A stretch of DNA of 64,000 nt from Eledone cirrhosa (lineage: Eukaryota). Position 1 is the stretch's first letter. Each line of letters begins with the position of its first letter. The position numbers and the translations under genes were made by a program. The stretch is taken from contig OZ024741.1 in NCBI GenBank assembly GCA_964016885.1, positions 265,112,001 to 265,176,000 of the forward strand, in the 5' to 3' direction. Below are positions 53,030-64,000 of this stretch, piece by piece. The notes beneath the pieces were generated by a model, which was not told the DNA's origin, searched no databases, and saw nothing but the letters and a program-made list of their open reading frames with translations.

Positions 53030-53305
53030 CTGAGGGTGAAAAACTCAGAGTTGTATTAGAGCCTCCCAAAAGTCAGCTCAAAAGTGATACAGAGGAGACT
53101 GAGGTTAGCTGGACATGCTCACCGACATCCAGAGTTGACATTGCACTCAGTGCTCCTGTGGGAGCCCCTACATGGACACACTGGAAGAGGAAGACCAAGG
53201 TTAACGTATGTTGATGCCCTAAGGACGGACATTGCAGCGATAATGAGGGACAGAGACCGCTGGAAAGAACTCGTCCATGGATCTCGGGAATTTTACCCGC
53301 CCTAG
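53030..53305 (+). mobile_element. RTE-group LINE 3' end (forward part)
   Basis: RRLRLAGHAHRHPE..LLWEP.HG...RGRP..TYVD, followed by a TA-rich tail. Confidence 0.85.
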
Positions 53306-53422
53306 ATATATAGATATTTATACATTTGTGTGTACATATATATTTATATATGTGTGTATGCATATATATATATTTATACATGTGTGTATACATATATATA
53401 TTTATACATTTGTGTATACATG

Positions 53423-53741
53423 TAGTTGTCCCCCGGATTTCCCGGGGGTTACGTTCCTAGAGCACCCGTGAAGAGTGAAAAATCGTGAATATCGGACATG
53501 CTCCATAAGAATTTCTATAAAATATAACGTCAAATATAATCTTGTGCTAAGGGGCGTCCAATAGGCCGGTAAATACGGTATATTTTTATTAATAATTTAG
53601 CGTTAAAAAATCGTGGAAGATATTTACGATTCCGCGAATATGCGGTGGTTACTGCGAACAATTATCAGTTAACTTCTAAGGAAATTTCCCCGAATAACTG
53701 GGACCACGAATGTCGGGACCGCGAATGCCGGGGGTACACTG
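53423..53741. mobile_element. Tigger/pogo-like MITE
   Basis: Right TIR ...GGGGGTACACTG|TA, degenerate left TIR, homologous to 1-288. Confidence 0.75.
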
Positions 53742-53851
53742 TATAAATACATACCTACATCTCACCAGATCCTGAACCTAAGGTTTCTTGACAACTCTTC
53801 AATATGTTTGAGAAAGTTGAAGAAAAATATATAAAAATCAACATTATTACC

Positions 53852-54285
53852 TTGGCAGTATCGGTAGAGCGTCACACCATGCCTTGCAAGTATAGAGTTA
53901 TGGCCCTTTACATTCTGAGTTCAAATCCCGCCGAAATTAACTTAGCCTTTCATCCTGACGGGGCGATAAAATTAAGCACCAGTAATAGACTGGGATAATT
54001 ACTGGTCTTGTGCCAAAAGTAGAAACAATTATTACAAGAGCCAAATATATTTTGGCGTTTGATGACATCAAATCTTTATTATATTCTTTCTTTCGGGGTG
54101 GCGGATTGGCAATATCGATAGAGGGTCGGACGTCATGCTTTGCAGCAAAGAGTTGCGGCCCTTTATGGTCTGAGTTCAAAACCCGCCGAGGTTAACTTTG
54201 CCTTTCTTTGTTACAGGGTCGATAAAATAAAGTACCAGTAATACACTGAATAATTGCTGGCTTTGTGCCAAAAGTAGAAACAATT
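53852..54285 (+). mobile_element. Two tandem Nin/Deu SINEs (53852-54030 and 54095-54285)
   Basis: SINE consensus. Confidence 0.82.
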
Positions 54286-54875
54286 TTATTCTTTCTTTCT
54301 TTTTCTTACGTCCTTCGTTTTAAAAAAAACGTTTTAATAGGGGAAGCAACTCTCATTTATTCCATTAGGACTTAAATTTCCTCTCTTTGATAGTATAAAC
54401 GTCTTGCACAAGTTACAAGATTGCAAGCTGTCTAAGTATCGAGCCTGTAGTGGTGAAAACTCTCTATTTCCTACTATCGAGGAGGAGTTAGCCAACCACA
54501 GGATTGAACCCTATTAATTGAACTGACTTCTTGTCAAACCTGTGCTGGTAGAAATGTCTAACTTTCTCGGTCTCCGGAACACCTCTCTACTCACTACCAA
54601 CGGGTCACGAGTGTTCTAGTATATATATAAAACTCTGTGGATTACACTAAAGGGAGAAGACTCTAGCCTTCTCTGCTATCATTCTTTTCGTCAGTTTCCT
54701 CTCTTGCATAGCATCAACGTCACACTGGCACTTTTAGTTGAGGGTTTTTTTTTTCATATACGCGGTTCTTTTTTTTTTTCTTAAATTGACTGCGAAATAA
54801 AGAAGGGCCTACTGCATATGTGTGAGGAATTAAGTAAAGGGGAGCACACATTAATGTATATAAATATATTAACCC

Positions 54876-55075
54876 CTGGCAGTGGAGACTTCTGGTGTCC
54901 TCGGCCCCAGGTCTACCTCCCTACTCACCACCATAGGCGCTGAGCTGGCCAGCCGCAGGTGTGAACATGGCGAGTTGGAGTGGCTTTTCCAGCGCGTCTC
55001 CCTTGCCATCCTCCGCGGGAACGCCTTCTCCATCCTGTCCGCCGTAGCTATGAGTATGTCCCATCGCGTAACATT
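54876..55075 (+). mobile_element. CRE LINE 3' fragment
   Basis: VETSGVLGPRSTSLLTTIGAEL..EWLFQRVSLAILRGNAFSILSA. Confidence 0.85.
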
Positions 55076-56583
55076 CCATATTTAGGTATCCGAAACACAA
55101 AACTTTATTGATAGATGTGTCAGCTATAGCTGTAGAATGGAACAAAATTTTCTTAGAAAATGTACAAATCCCAAACGCAGAAAAAACTGTAAAGACAGTT
55201 GATTACTATAGATCATAACTTATAAAATCGGGTAAAATACCCCTATAGACGTGAGCAGCAGCCACAACTCTGTACTTCCTAAATTCCGGTTGGGCGATCT
55301 AAAAGAAGGATGCTGGGAAAAAGCGAATATTGTTTTCTTGACAAAAAAAAGAAGAACGACAGTCCAGAAACATGATAAATCATGGGGAAAAAATGTTTAA
55401 AGCTTTAAGTATATATTTATAATCATGTTACAATTTGTTGAATTTAAAATGTTTAAATTATTCTCTATCAACGTCCGAAATGTTGATGTTTATTTTTACG
55501 ATAAATAATATACGACGCGGATTCGTTTACGTATCATGGCTAGCGAGGTACGAGTTGTACGAAAAGTAGGAATTAGTTTACGAAACACGAAATACAAAAT
55601 GCTATAGGAATACTTTCACTTACACAGCATCACCAATTTCTTTCAGATTTTTTTTTGGGGGGGGGGGGCACAAAATATATTAAAATACTAAATAACTACA
55701 TTTGCAGGGGAAATGTTATTGGTTTTATTCATCGAATTTTCTTTTGTAAATATTTAGTCCAATATTTAGTCTACCGTTATCGAAGGTAATATGTAAATAT
55801 ATCGAATTGATACGTCTGTTCCAGTTTATCTTTGTAAATGAAATTATATAATAGCAAAGTTCACTTTTATTTTATCAAACAAATATGCTGACAATATAGA
55901 TAGCTTGAAATTATAAACACAAATGCCATAACTATCAAAAATCAACATATACACATATATCTTTTATTTAATTACATAAACATTTCACATAATATAGAAT
56001 CAAATCGAAAGAAAATATTTCAACACTAAGCGTGTCAATCGGTCACACAGCGCAAGTAATGCCGGAGCCACCTTCTAATAATTTTTAAGGCAAGCCAATA
56101 CACCGGTAGTGTTACAGTGAGTGATGGTGAGGCTACGGTGCTGGAACAACTAAGCACCCTGACGGGCATCACCTTATACCTCAGCGAGGTGGGTTGCCAA
56201 CGATGACAAGAACTTTTTGAGAAAACTGCATTATTATTTAATAAATCTCAGGCGAAGACTCCTTGCTTACAAAATAACAGTGATTCAATTCATAATCCTT
56301 ACTATTTATACATTAAATAATGGAACAGATAAAAATGTGTCCCAATATGCCAGTGCCGGATTAACCTAGTAACATTTACTACGAGTTAGTGCCAGATTAA
56401 GAGTAACATTTGCTACGGTCCCCGCATTTTCAGGGACCCCACATTTAGAGCTTTATACTATAGTATTATACTGCCATGAACATATATTAAATTAGATCTG
56501 TATCAGCGATATATACACACACACACAAAAAGTTAATAAATAAAATTATTATTAAAATACTCATATATATATATATTTTAATA

Positions 56584-56617
<34 letters not shown>

Positions 56618-56756
56618 GAGTATTTTAATAATAATTTTATATATATATATATATATATATTTACTTTTGCAGTCATTAAAAAAAATTTACAGACTACGTA
56701 AATATCAATTTAGCTTTCACAATTGATCAGTAAAAAAACTGTATTACGAGATATAT

Positions 56757-56833
<77 letters not shown>

Positions 56834-58181
56834 CCATGCCTTAAATAAATTTAAAACACACACACATACACTTCTATTCCTTTACTACATTCATTTAAAT
56901 CAAAACATCCCAGGTATCGCATTTTTAACTTACACTTAAATATAGAAGAGTTATAGGAATTTGCTCGAAAATATATTTCTGCAAAAAATTTCATTTTATA
57001 AATTATACATTATTTATTAACCCGTCTGGTACCAAGCCGGTTCTGGATCTGTGAAATAAAACCACCAATTTAAAGGGATTTCTATTTAAACAGAAATCAT
57101 CCAACAATTTTATATAAGAACCATATGTTTAATTACTTTATTAGTAATGAAATAATTAATGATTTTAGTAAATCCTTCAGAATTCTTCATTTATTAACTG
57201 AAATGGAAAGTATATCATTAGATATGCACTTTATTTCAATAAACGGCCAAGGGGGGATTAAGAAAGTTTGGGAGAAATAATAAAAATAACAATAAAGAAG
57301 CTGGTCTTAAACTGAAAGTGTACCTCTGCATTATAACTTACAACAGTGTGTGTGTGTGGCCTCGTTCTGACACACACACTGACTTTTATAGCGTAGACAG
57401 ACAAACGGAATACCACAATACTTTGAAAACGACAACTTCGTTATACATATATATATATGTATATACATATATATATACACACACCAGTCTCGGGTAAGTA
57501 TAATAATACCAACAAAAACCTGATACTACTTAATACAAAACTACACATATTGTGTCTCCTGTTATTTTTAAATATTAAACACCAAACTTTGGTGCGCCAC
57601 AATTTATTATTAATTGTTTAAATAATTACTCTTAATAATAATATATCTAAACAATGTATAATAACAATTAACCATAACCAATGTATTATTTTTAAGTTGC
57701 GTAATTTCAAATATGTTTATATCCACGGTTTTTTGCATATTTACAATTAAACAAATATAATATATGTTTATATGATATTAGTTTATATTATATTATATTA
57801 TTAAACTGAGATTTTATTAAATATAGATTACAAAACACAGGTGAGAGAAAGCAAAGTCTTCCTACTTTGTTTAATTTTTGGGGGGCTCGCGCTAAACACT
57901 GGTGACCTGTTTGTTATTTCCGTATATATGTGTGTTCGTCTTGTCTACTCTTGAACTATATATATGTGTATATATATATATATATCATTATTGTGGTTAT
58001 ATTTTCTCTGTTTATTATCAAAATCAACATACATTTGTTGTGTATATATATATATATTCCGTTAAATACTCGAATTCCTATTTAGAAAGAAATTGTAATC
58101 TTTAACCAAGATTACAACATACATATTTAGCAGAAATGTTCGTATTAGTGATATATATATATATAGATATGTGTATATATA

Positions 58182-58255
58182 CAGGGTGTCCTCCAAAAAT
58201 GTATACACATTTATTAAAATGCCGTTGAAGTGTATACATTTTTGGTGGCACCCTG
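58182..58255. mobile_element. 74-bp Tc1/mariner MITE
   Basis: TA|CAGGGTGTCCTCCAAAAATGTATACAC ... GTGTATACATTTTTGGTGGCACCCTG|TA. Confidence 0.85.
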
Positions 58256-58574
58256 TATATATATATATATATGTGTGTGTGTATTTGTATATATATATAT
58301 ATATATATATATATACTAGGGAAGGTAACGTTTAGATAATTTGTTTACGAAATATATAAATATAGCTGACAGTGTTTTAGATAAAACCGGTGAAACCCTG
58401 AGATTAACTGAAATATATTAACGACGTTTGTGAGAATTAAGTATGATGTATTATACATACATATATGTATGTCACACACACACACACGTATATACACACA
58501 TACATTCCTGGTGATTTAAAACGAATGAAACAGCTCTAGTCCTTTAGAAGTCATTTCCATATGATGTGTGTGTA

Positions 58575-58860
58575 TTATCATCAGCATCATTTAACGTCCT
58601 CTTTCCCTGCTAGCAAGAGTTGGACGAGTCTACATTGACCAAGTAAGTACTGAAGCAAGACCACTGATGTCCCAAACAGGTCAAGGAGGTCTATATCTTG
58701 CTTATGTACGGTCATTATCGAGTACACAGAAATTGTCTTTTGACACAAACTGAAGGATCCTCCTAACACCTTGTTTGGCAAGCTTTCTCCGGCTAGATGC
58801 CCTTCTTAATACCAACCACTTTACAGCGCGTACTGGGTGCTTTTATTGTGTAGATCACCA
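58575..58860 (-). mobile_element. RTE-related SINE/non-autonomous element
   Basis: Homologous to 14355-14560. Confidence 0.55.
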
Positions 58861-59243
58861 GCAGTAGGGTGGATGTTATGCCCTAGATATATACACACAC
58901 ACATGTATATAGTATGGGTACATGGAGTGATCCGAGTTAATACTGCCGTATAATCATAGTTTCAAACTCGATATGTTTATCCTCTATATTTTACTCTTCT
59001 CACTAAATTAGACATAATCAGACATAATCAGACCTATCAACTCTCCCTGTTCGACGGGGAGATCTCCCATCCACTTTGGGGTGGGTGAGAGATGTCTTCT
59101 CTTGTGAAAGTGGGTATAACTTTCATTATGTAAAATCTCCCCATTTTGCCTCATTTCCCCCCGTTTTGGGGCACTTTTTTTCATGGTACTCCCCGTTGGG
59201 GTTTTTAGAGTTTGGCAGATTTGCATACCATAAATATTAAGTA

Positions 59244-60259
59244 CTAGCTGAATTACCCGGCGTTGCCTAGGTTACTGCTGTTCTTATTCAGATTAGTAAA
59301 CAATAAATATGAAAATATGTTGTTGCTTTTTCATAATTATTTCAAAATATCTATATTTTACAACAAAAAAAAAATATCAAAATTGTAATAAAATAGAATT
59401 TAGAAATGAAAATCTGTCACTCTTGAAGTACCTTAGGGTAAACAATATTCATTGTGTAATTTGTTGTTGGTGTCCAAATGAATAAATTGTTACTACACAC
59501 TCACACACATACACTCTTACATACATATACTAAGACAGACAAACGCATAGCTTTTCACCTCATTTTTTTGTCAGTCCCAACATATGTATGTGTAGATGTG
59601 TGTGTATATTTAATAACGTAATGAGTGCGCGCACACACACACACTCACAGACACATACATATTCATATACAAAATGTGACGTCGGTGTTTTCTATTGTTT
59701 TAATCCTAATGAAAATAAAAATGATCACACTCACACACATACACTCACACACACACTCACATACACTCACACACACATACATATACTAAGAGAGTCACAC
59801 TCACATACATTCACGCACACCTATAACTTGTCTGTCAACACATGTATCTGTATGTGTAGATGTGTGTGTGTGTTTAATTCTCTGTTTGAAGATAATGTGT
59901 ATGCAACTTACTAAGGCTATATGTATGTGTTGATGTGTGTGTTTAATTCTCAGAGACCTAACGTAAGTAACAAACTCGCAAACACACACTCGCAGACATA
60001 CACACTCATATACAAAATGTGATGTCGTCATCGTGGTGGTGGTTTACTATAGTTTACTATAGAAAGATTATTTTAGATAAAATGTTATATTGTTTTAATC
60101 CAAATGAAAATAAAAATTACATGTTGACACTCCTGGGGTCTGATACAGTTAGGAAGGGCATCCAGCTGTAGAATTTGTAAAATTTGATTTGATTTGGTCC
60201 AGCCATTTGAGAATGCATAGGAACAGACAGACAGACAAAGAATTTTATATAGAGAGAGA
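59244..60259 (-). mobile_element. Non-autonomous Helitron
   Basis: On minus: 5' A|TCTCTCTCTATATAAAA..(GTCT)n and 3' hairpin CCTAGGCAACGCCGGG followed by CAGCTAG|T. Confidence 0.75.
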
Positions 60260-61138
60260 TAATATATTGAAACACGTGTAAAACAATTAAATGATTTAAA
60301 AGAACTCTGTCATTTATATATATGTGTGTGTGTACCATCATCATCATGGATGAATGTCTATTTTTCACATTTGCATGTAGTAGACAGGGGACTTTTTTGT
60401 TGTCAGCAGCATGGTCTCTTTACAGGATGGACTGGGCACTTTTGTTGTGGCACCAGATCACCATACAATGTGGACTTAGTGCCCCCCCCCTTTTTTTTGT
60501 GGCAACAGCATTTTAGGGGATCAGATCTGGAGCATGTCCAGCTTTCATGCTTGTATGCATGGGTTGGTGGGGAGAAATATATCGAGGGGGGGCGGGGGGG
60601 GGGGGTATTAAGAGTTGGTCAGGTGGATGGGGGAGAAGTAAAGAGAACATTGACAACACAGAAGAGTATCGTCTACGTGTTTCATCCTGTGTACATGATA
60701 AGGCAGGTCTTCTTCAGTCCACCATAATGCCAGAGATCTCAATCTTGTGTCATCTTTGAGAAATTCAAATGTGCAATGTCAGCTTTTATTACTTCACCCC
60801 AAGTTTTCCTCATCCATAATTCCTGTTGATTTTGAGCGCTCTACATCTTTTTATACAGCTACCATTCTCCATACCCTTCGCATGTCAATACCACCACAAT
60901 CCTCTCTCCTGCACACCTTCATCTGACCCCTCTTATGTCCAGTTTCTCTCTCAGTTCATTGACACTCCACTGTTCATGTATACTACTATTACACATCCAT
61001 TGGAGCATGTTGTGCTCAACTTTTGTCTTTCATCCTGGTGTCAATAAAATAAAGCAGTAGATATGTACTGAGGTTGATGTAATTGTCCTTCCCTTCCTCC
61101 CGAATTGTTGGCCTTGTACCAAAATTAGAAACCATTAT

Positions 61139-61325
61139 GGTGGATTGGCAGTATCGGTAGAGAGTCGGACACCATGCTTTGAAGCATAGAGTTACGTGCC
61201 TTTATGATCTGAGTTCAAATCCCGCTGAGGTTAACTTTGCCTTTCATCCTTACGGGGTCAATAAAATAAAGTACCAGTAATGTACTGGGTAATTGCTGGC
61301 CTTGTGCCTAAAATAGAAACAATTA
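61139..61325 (+). mobile_element. Nin/Deu SINE, full length
   Basis: SINE consensus. Confidence 0.85.
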
Positions 61326-61329
61326 TTAA

Positions 61330-61550
61330 TCCTTTAGCATTTAAACTGGCCATATCTGGCCAGAATTCTCTCAGCTTTTTCAGTTCAAACTAGCCGTAAT
61401 TGGCCACTCATACTGATGTTAAGGTATTGTTCTCAAAATAAATAATATCAAAATCTCATGGATTAGATATTATGTGAGATAATAATGAGAAATAAAGTGT
61501 TTAGTGTGAAATTACAATTGTATATATAGAGTAATGTAAATGCTAAAGGG
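61330..61550. mobile_element. piggyBac-like MITE (TTAA site)
   Basis: TTAA|TCCTTTAGCATTT ... AAATGCTAAAGGG|TTAA. Confidence 0.8.
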
Positions 61551-61861
61551 TTAAGCTGATGTTTGGAACATAACTTAACAAAAATTATTACATAAAATTA
61601 TGAGGTTTTTTTACTCTTTTGTTACTATGTTTCTAATGAAAGATGCTGCCAATGTTTATCAAATAATTTTGAAAATGATCAAGAATTTGGTGGGATTTTG
61701 TAATTTAATTAATTTTCTCATTATTAAGTGTTTGGAATATAACATAACACAAAGGTTCTTATATAAAATTAGGACGGAAAGTCTTTAGATAAATATGAAT
61801 GTTTTAAAACAGGAGGTTTTGTACCATAGAGCCAGGGGTTGTTTCAGGAAGATCGGTATCT

Positions 61862-62200
61862 TTTTCTTCTTCTTCTTTTCCCACTTATTCCTGAGAGGGT
61901 TGTGGGGTAAGAGTCCTCAAACACTCCTAGCGAGTCCTGTCAGAAGCAATCGTCTCCAACTAATTTGACTGCATCCCCAAGCGAGACCAGCTCATGGATG
62001 TTATCCAATCATCTTTCTCAGGCTCTACTCCTGGGTCTCCTGTCAGTTGGTTTTTGCCCGTAAAATCTGTCCAACGATTCTTTCTTGAGACATTCTAACC
62101 ACATGCTCATAGTATCGGAGATGTGATATCTCATTTCGGAGAAGTAGTGGCTCTACCTGGAGTGACTCTCTGACTTTGATCTCTGACCTACATACTCTAT
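61862..62200 (-). mobile_element. RTE LINE 3' end with (GAA)n tail
   Basis: Same family as 45380-45700. Confidence 0.8.
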
Positions 62201-62496
62201 CGGTTAAATAGTAAATACTTTATGGTTTATTTTTATCTCTTTCAGATTCCATATCACCAATGTTTAAATGCCTTGTTGCCAGTGACTTCTTTACACCCTG
62301 AATGAATGCTGATATATGAAATGAATCAAGGAGACTATATCAAAAAGATTTCTAGAAAAAATGTTATTTTGGTTTGAAATGAAATCTTAAGAAATGTAAA
62401 AAAAAAAAATTTTTTTTATTTCCAAAGAAATCAAGTTTTAGAGGGTTATCAGCAGAATCAGAAAAAAATATTTTTGGACTTTGTTTCACAAGTCAA

Positions 62497-63166
62497 ATGT
62501 CTCCTGCTAAAAGTAAAATCCGAGATCGGAAATCTAAAATGAAACTGAAACAACATAATCGATATTACCATCAAAATCAATACATTGATTCTAACCCTTA
62601 TAATATCACCTCGAAAGAACGAAGGGCGCCCAGATTTCATGATGGGCATATGGACCCTGCGACCTTAGAGGCTCATGTTGAAGCAGCCACTGTTGCAGCT
62701 TCTGCCGCAGTTGCTGCAGAAATGGCTAATTCCAATTGCGCGGATTTACAACCAATTATGTACCCATCTTCATCAAAAACAGACAAATCCTCTCTACCGA
62801 GATTATTTATACCTGAAATCCCATTATCATCTTCATCTGTATTTCCTGATGAAAATCAAATGCAGGCTGCTGCCGCCGCTGCTGCTGGTGTTAAGGACCT
62901 CGATATGGGGAACGTAAAGCAAGAGGACTTGCAACTTTTCCTTGAATCTATCCCCAACTTTCACAACGCTAACATTGTCAGGGGTGGCCGCTGCGTTAAA
63001 TCAGGTTTCGTTCAAGTTGTGAAAGGGGAAAACTACTTAAGAGATATGTTTTATAGCACAGCAACGACCTCACATCGAAACATAATTGTCGTGAGAGAGA
63101 CTCTTTACTGTAGCGGCCGTGGCAATTGTTTACGTGCCTGTGGGGGCAGAGGGCAATGTGTAGAAG
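62497..63166 (+). CDS. First coding exon of a host gene, uncharacterised protein (basic N-terminus, Ala runs, Cys/Gly-rich motif continuing into the next exon)
   Basis: 223 codons of non-repetitive open frame ending at a canonical AG|GTAAGT donor (phase 1). Upstream polypyrimidine acceptor TTTTATCTCTTTCAG| at 62245 suggests exon 62246-63166. Confidence 0.75.
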
Positions 63167-63195
63167 GTAAGTTGTGATATTTTACTGTTTCTTAA

Positions 63196-63416
63196 CCCTT
63201 AAGCATTTAAACCAGCCGTATACAGCCACAATTCTCTCTCCTCTTTCTATTCAAACCAGCCGTAATTGGCCAATCATACTGATGTTAAGGTATTGTTCTC
63301 AAAATAAATAATATCAAAAACTCATAGATTCGATATTATGTGAGATAATTATGAGAGATTCAGCCTTTACTGGAAAAATAGAATAGTAAATATAGAGTAA
63401 TGCAAATGCTAAAGGG
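63196..63416. mobile_element. piggyBac-like MITE, second copy
   Basis: TTAA|CCCTTAAGCATTT ... AAATGCTAAAGGG|TTGA, homologous to 61330-61550. Confidence 0.8.
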
Positions 63417-64000
63417 TTGAATGATAAATTTTTGGTTTACCTAACTAAGTGAGATGAAAATGGCTGAGAGAGGTTTGTAACATCGCCATTGTATTGTATT
63501 ATATTATATTGCAGTAAACATTCTTTTAACCTCAGCTTAATTTCAATGCTGCTCTCATGAAAAATGTACCCAGTACACTCTGTTAAATGTTTGGTTATAG
63601 GAAGGGCATCTTGCTGAAGAAACCATGCCAAACAAAGGTCAAGAGGAGTCTTTGGTTGTGTTAAAAGCAGGACAACTTCTTTAGAGCCAGTGCCATGATA
63701 AAATGCTTTCAATACACTCTGTAAGGTTGTTAGGTTAAAGGAAGAGCATCAAGCCATCGAAACATTGCCAAACAAAGGGTTGAGCGAACTTTTCAACTGT
63801 GTTAAAGACATGATAAATCTCCTCTTCCCTAGTGCTGGTGTTACAATAAAATGCACTCAGTACACTCTGTAGAGTGCAGGAACATATGTAAACTATGAGG
63901 GTCAGCTGAAAAGTTGATAGCCTGACCAAGATACTCTCATGGAATAACCAAATGAGGTTTATTTTTCAACATAGTCAATCATCATCATCATTTCATTTTT

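Noticed and set aside
54388-54724. Possible solo LTR (TG...CA, TATA-like run)
   Set aside because: There is no target-site duplication, no second copy and no clear polyA signal.

Overview
Eukaryotic, extremely repeat-rich animal DNA, most likely an octopus or other coleoid cephalopod (inferred from the dense microsatellites and the tRNA-headed Nin/Deu-domain and CORE-type SINEs, not from a database hit). Almost all long ORFs in the track are artefacts of simple repeats. The real content is: micro- and minisatellites (116, 34, 42, 33, 23 and 32 bp units), about 20 SINE copies, LINE remnants (Tx1/L1-like, RTE, CRE, CR1-group), Penelope-like elements (GIY-YIG fragments and inverted terminal repeats carrying minimal hammerhead-ribozyme motifs), a defective Chapaev3-type DNA transposon, several MITEs, a non-autonomous Helitron, a 200-N gap, and one convincing host coding exon (62497-63166) of unknown function. 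The most notable observations are the multiple hammerhead motifs in several unrelated Penelope-type termini, a Tx1-like LINE inserted twice into (ATT)n inside an old inverted duplication that preserves the empty site, a twin-priming-like RTE inversion, and recurrent fold-back duplications. All calls were made by eye, and coordinates of degenerate repeats are approximate.
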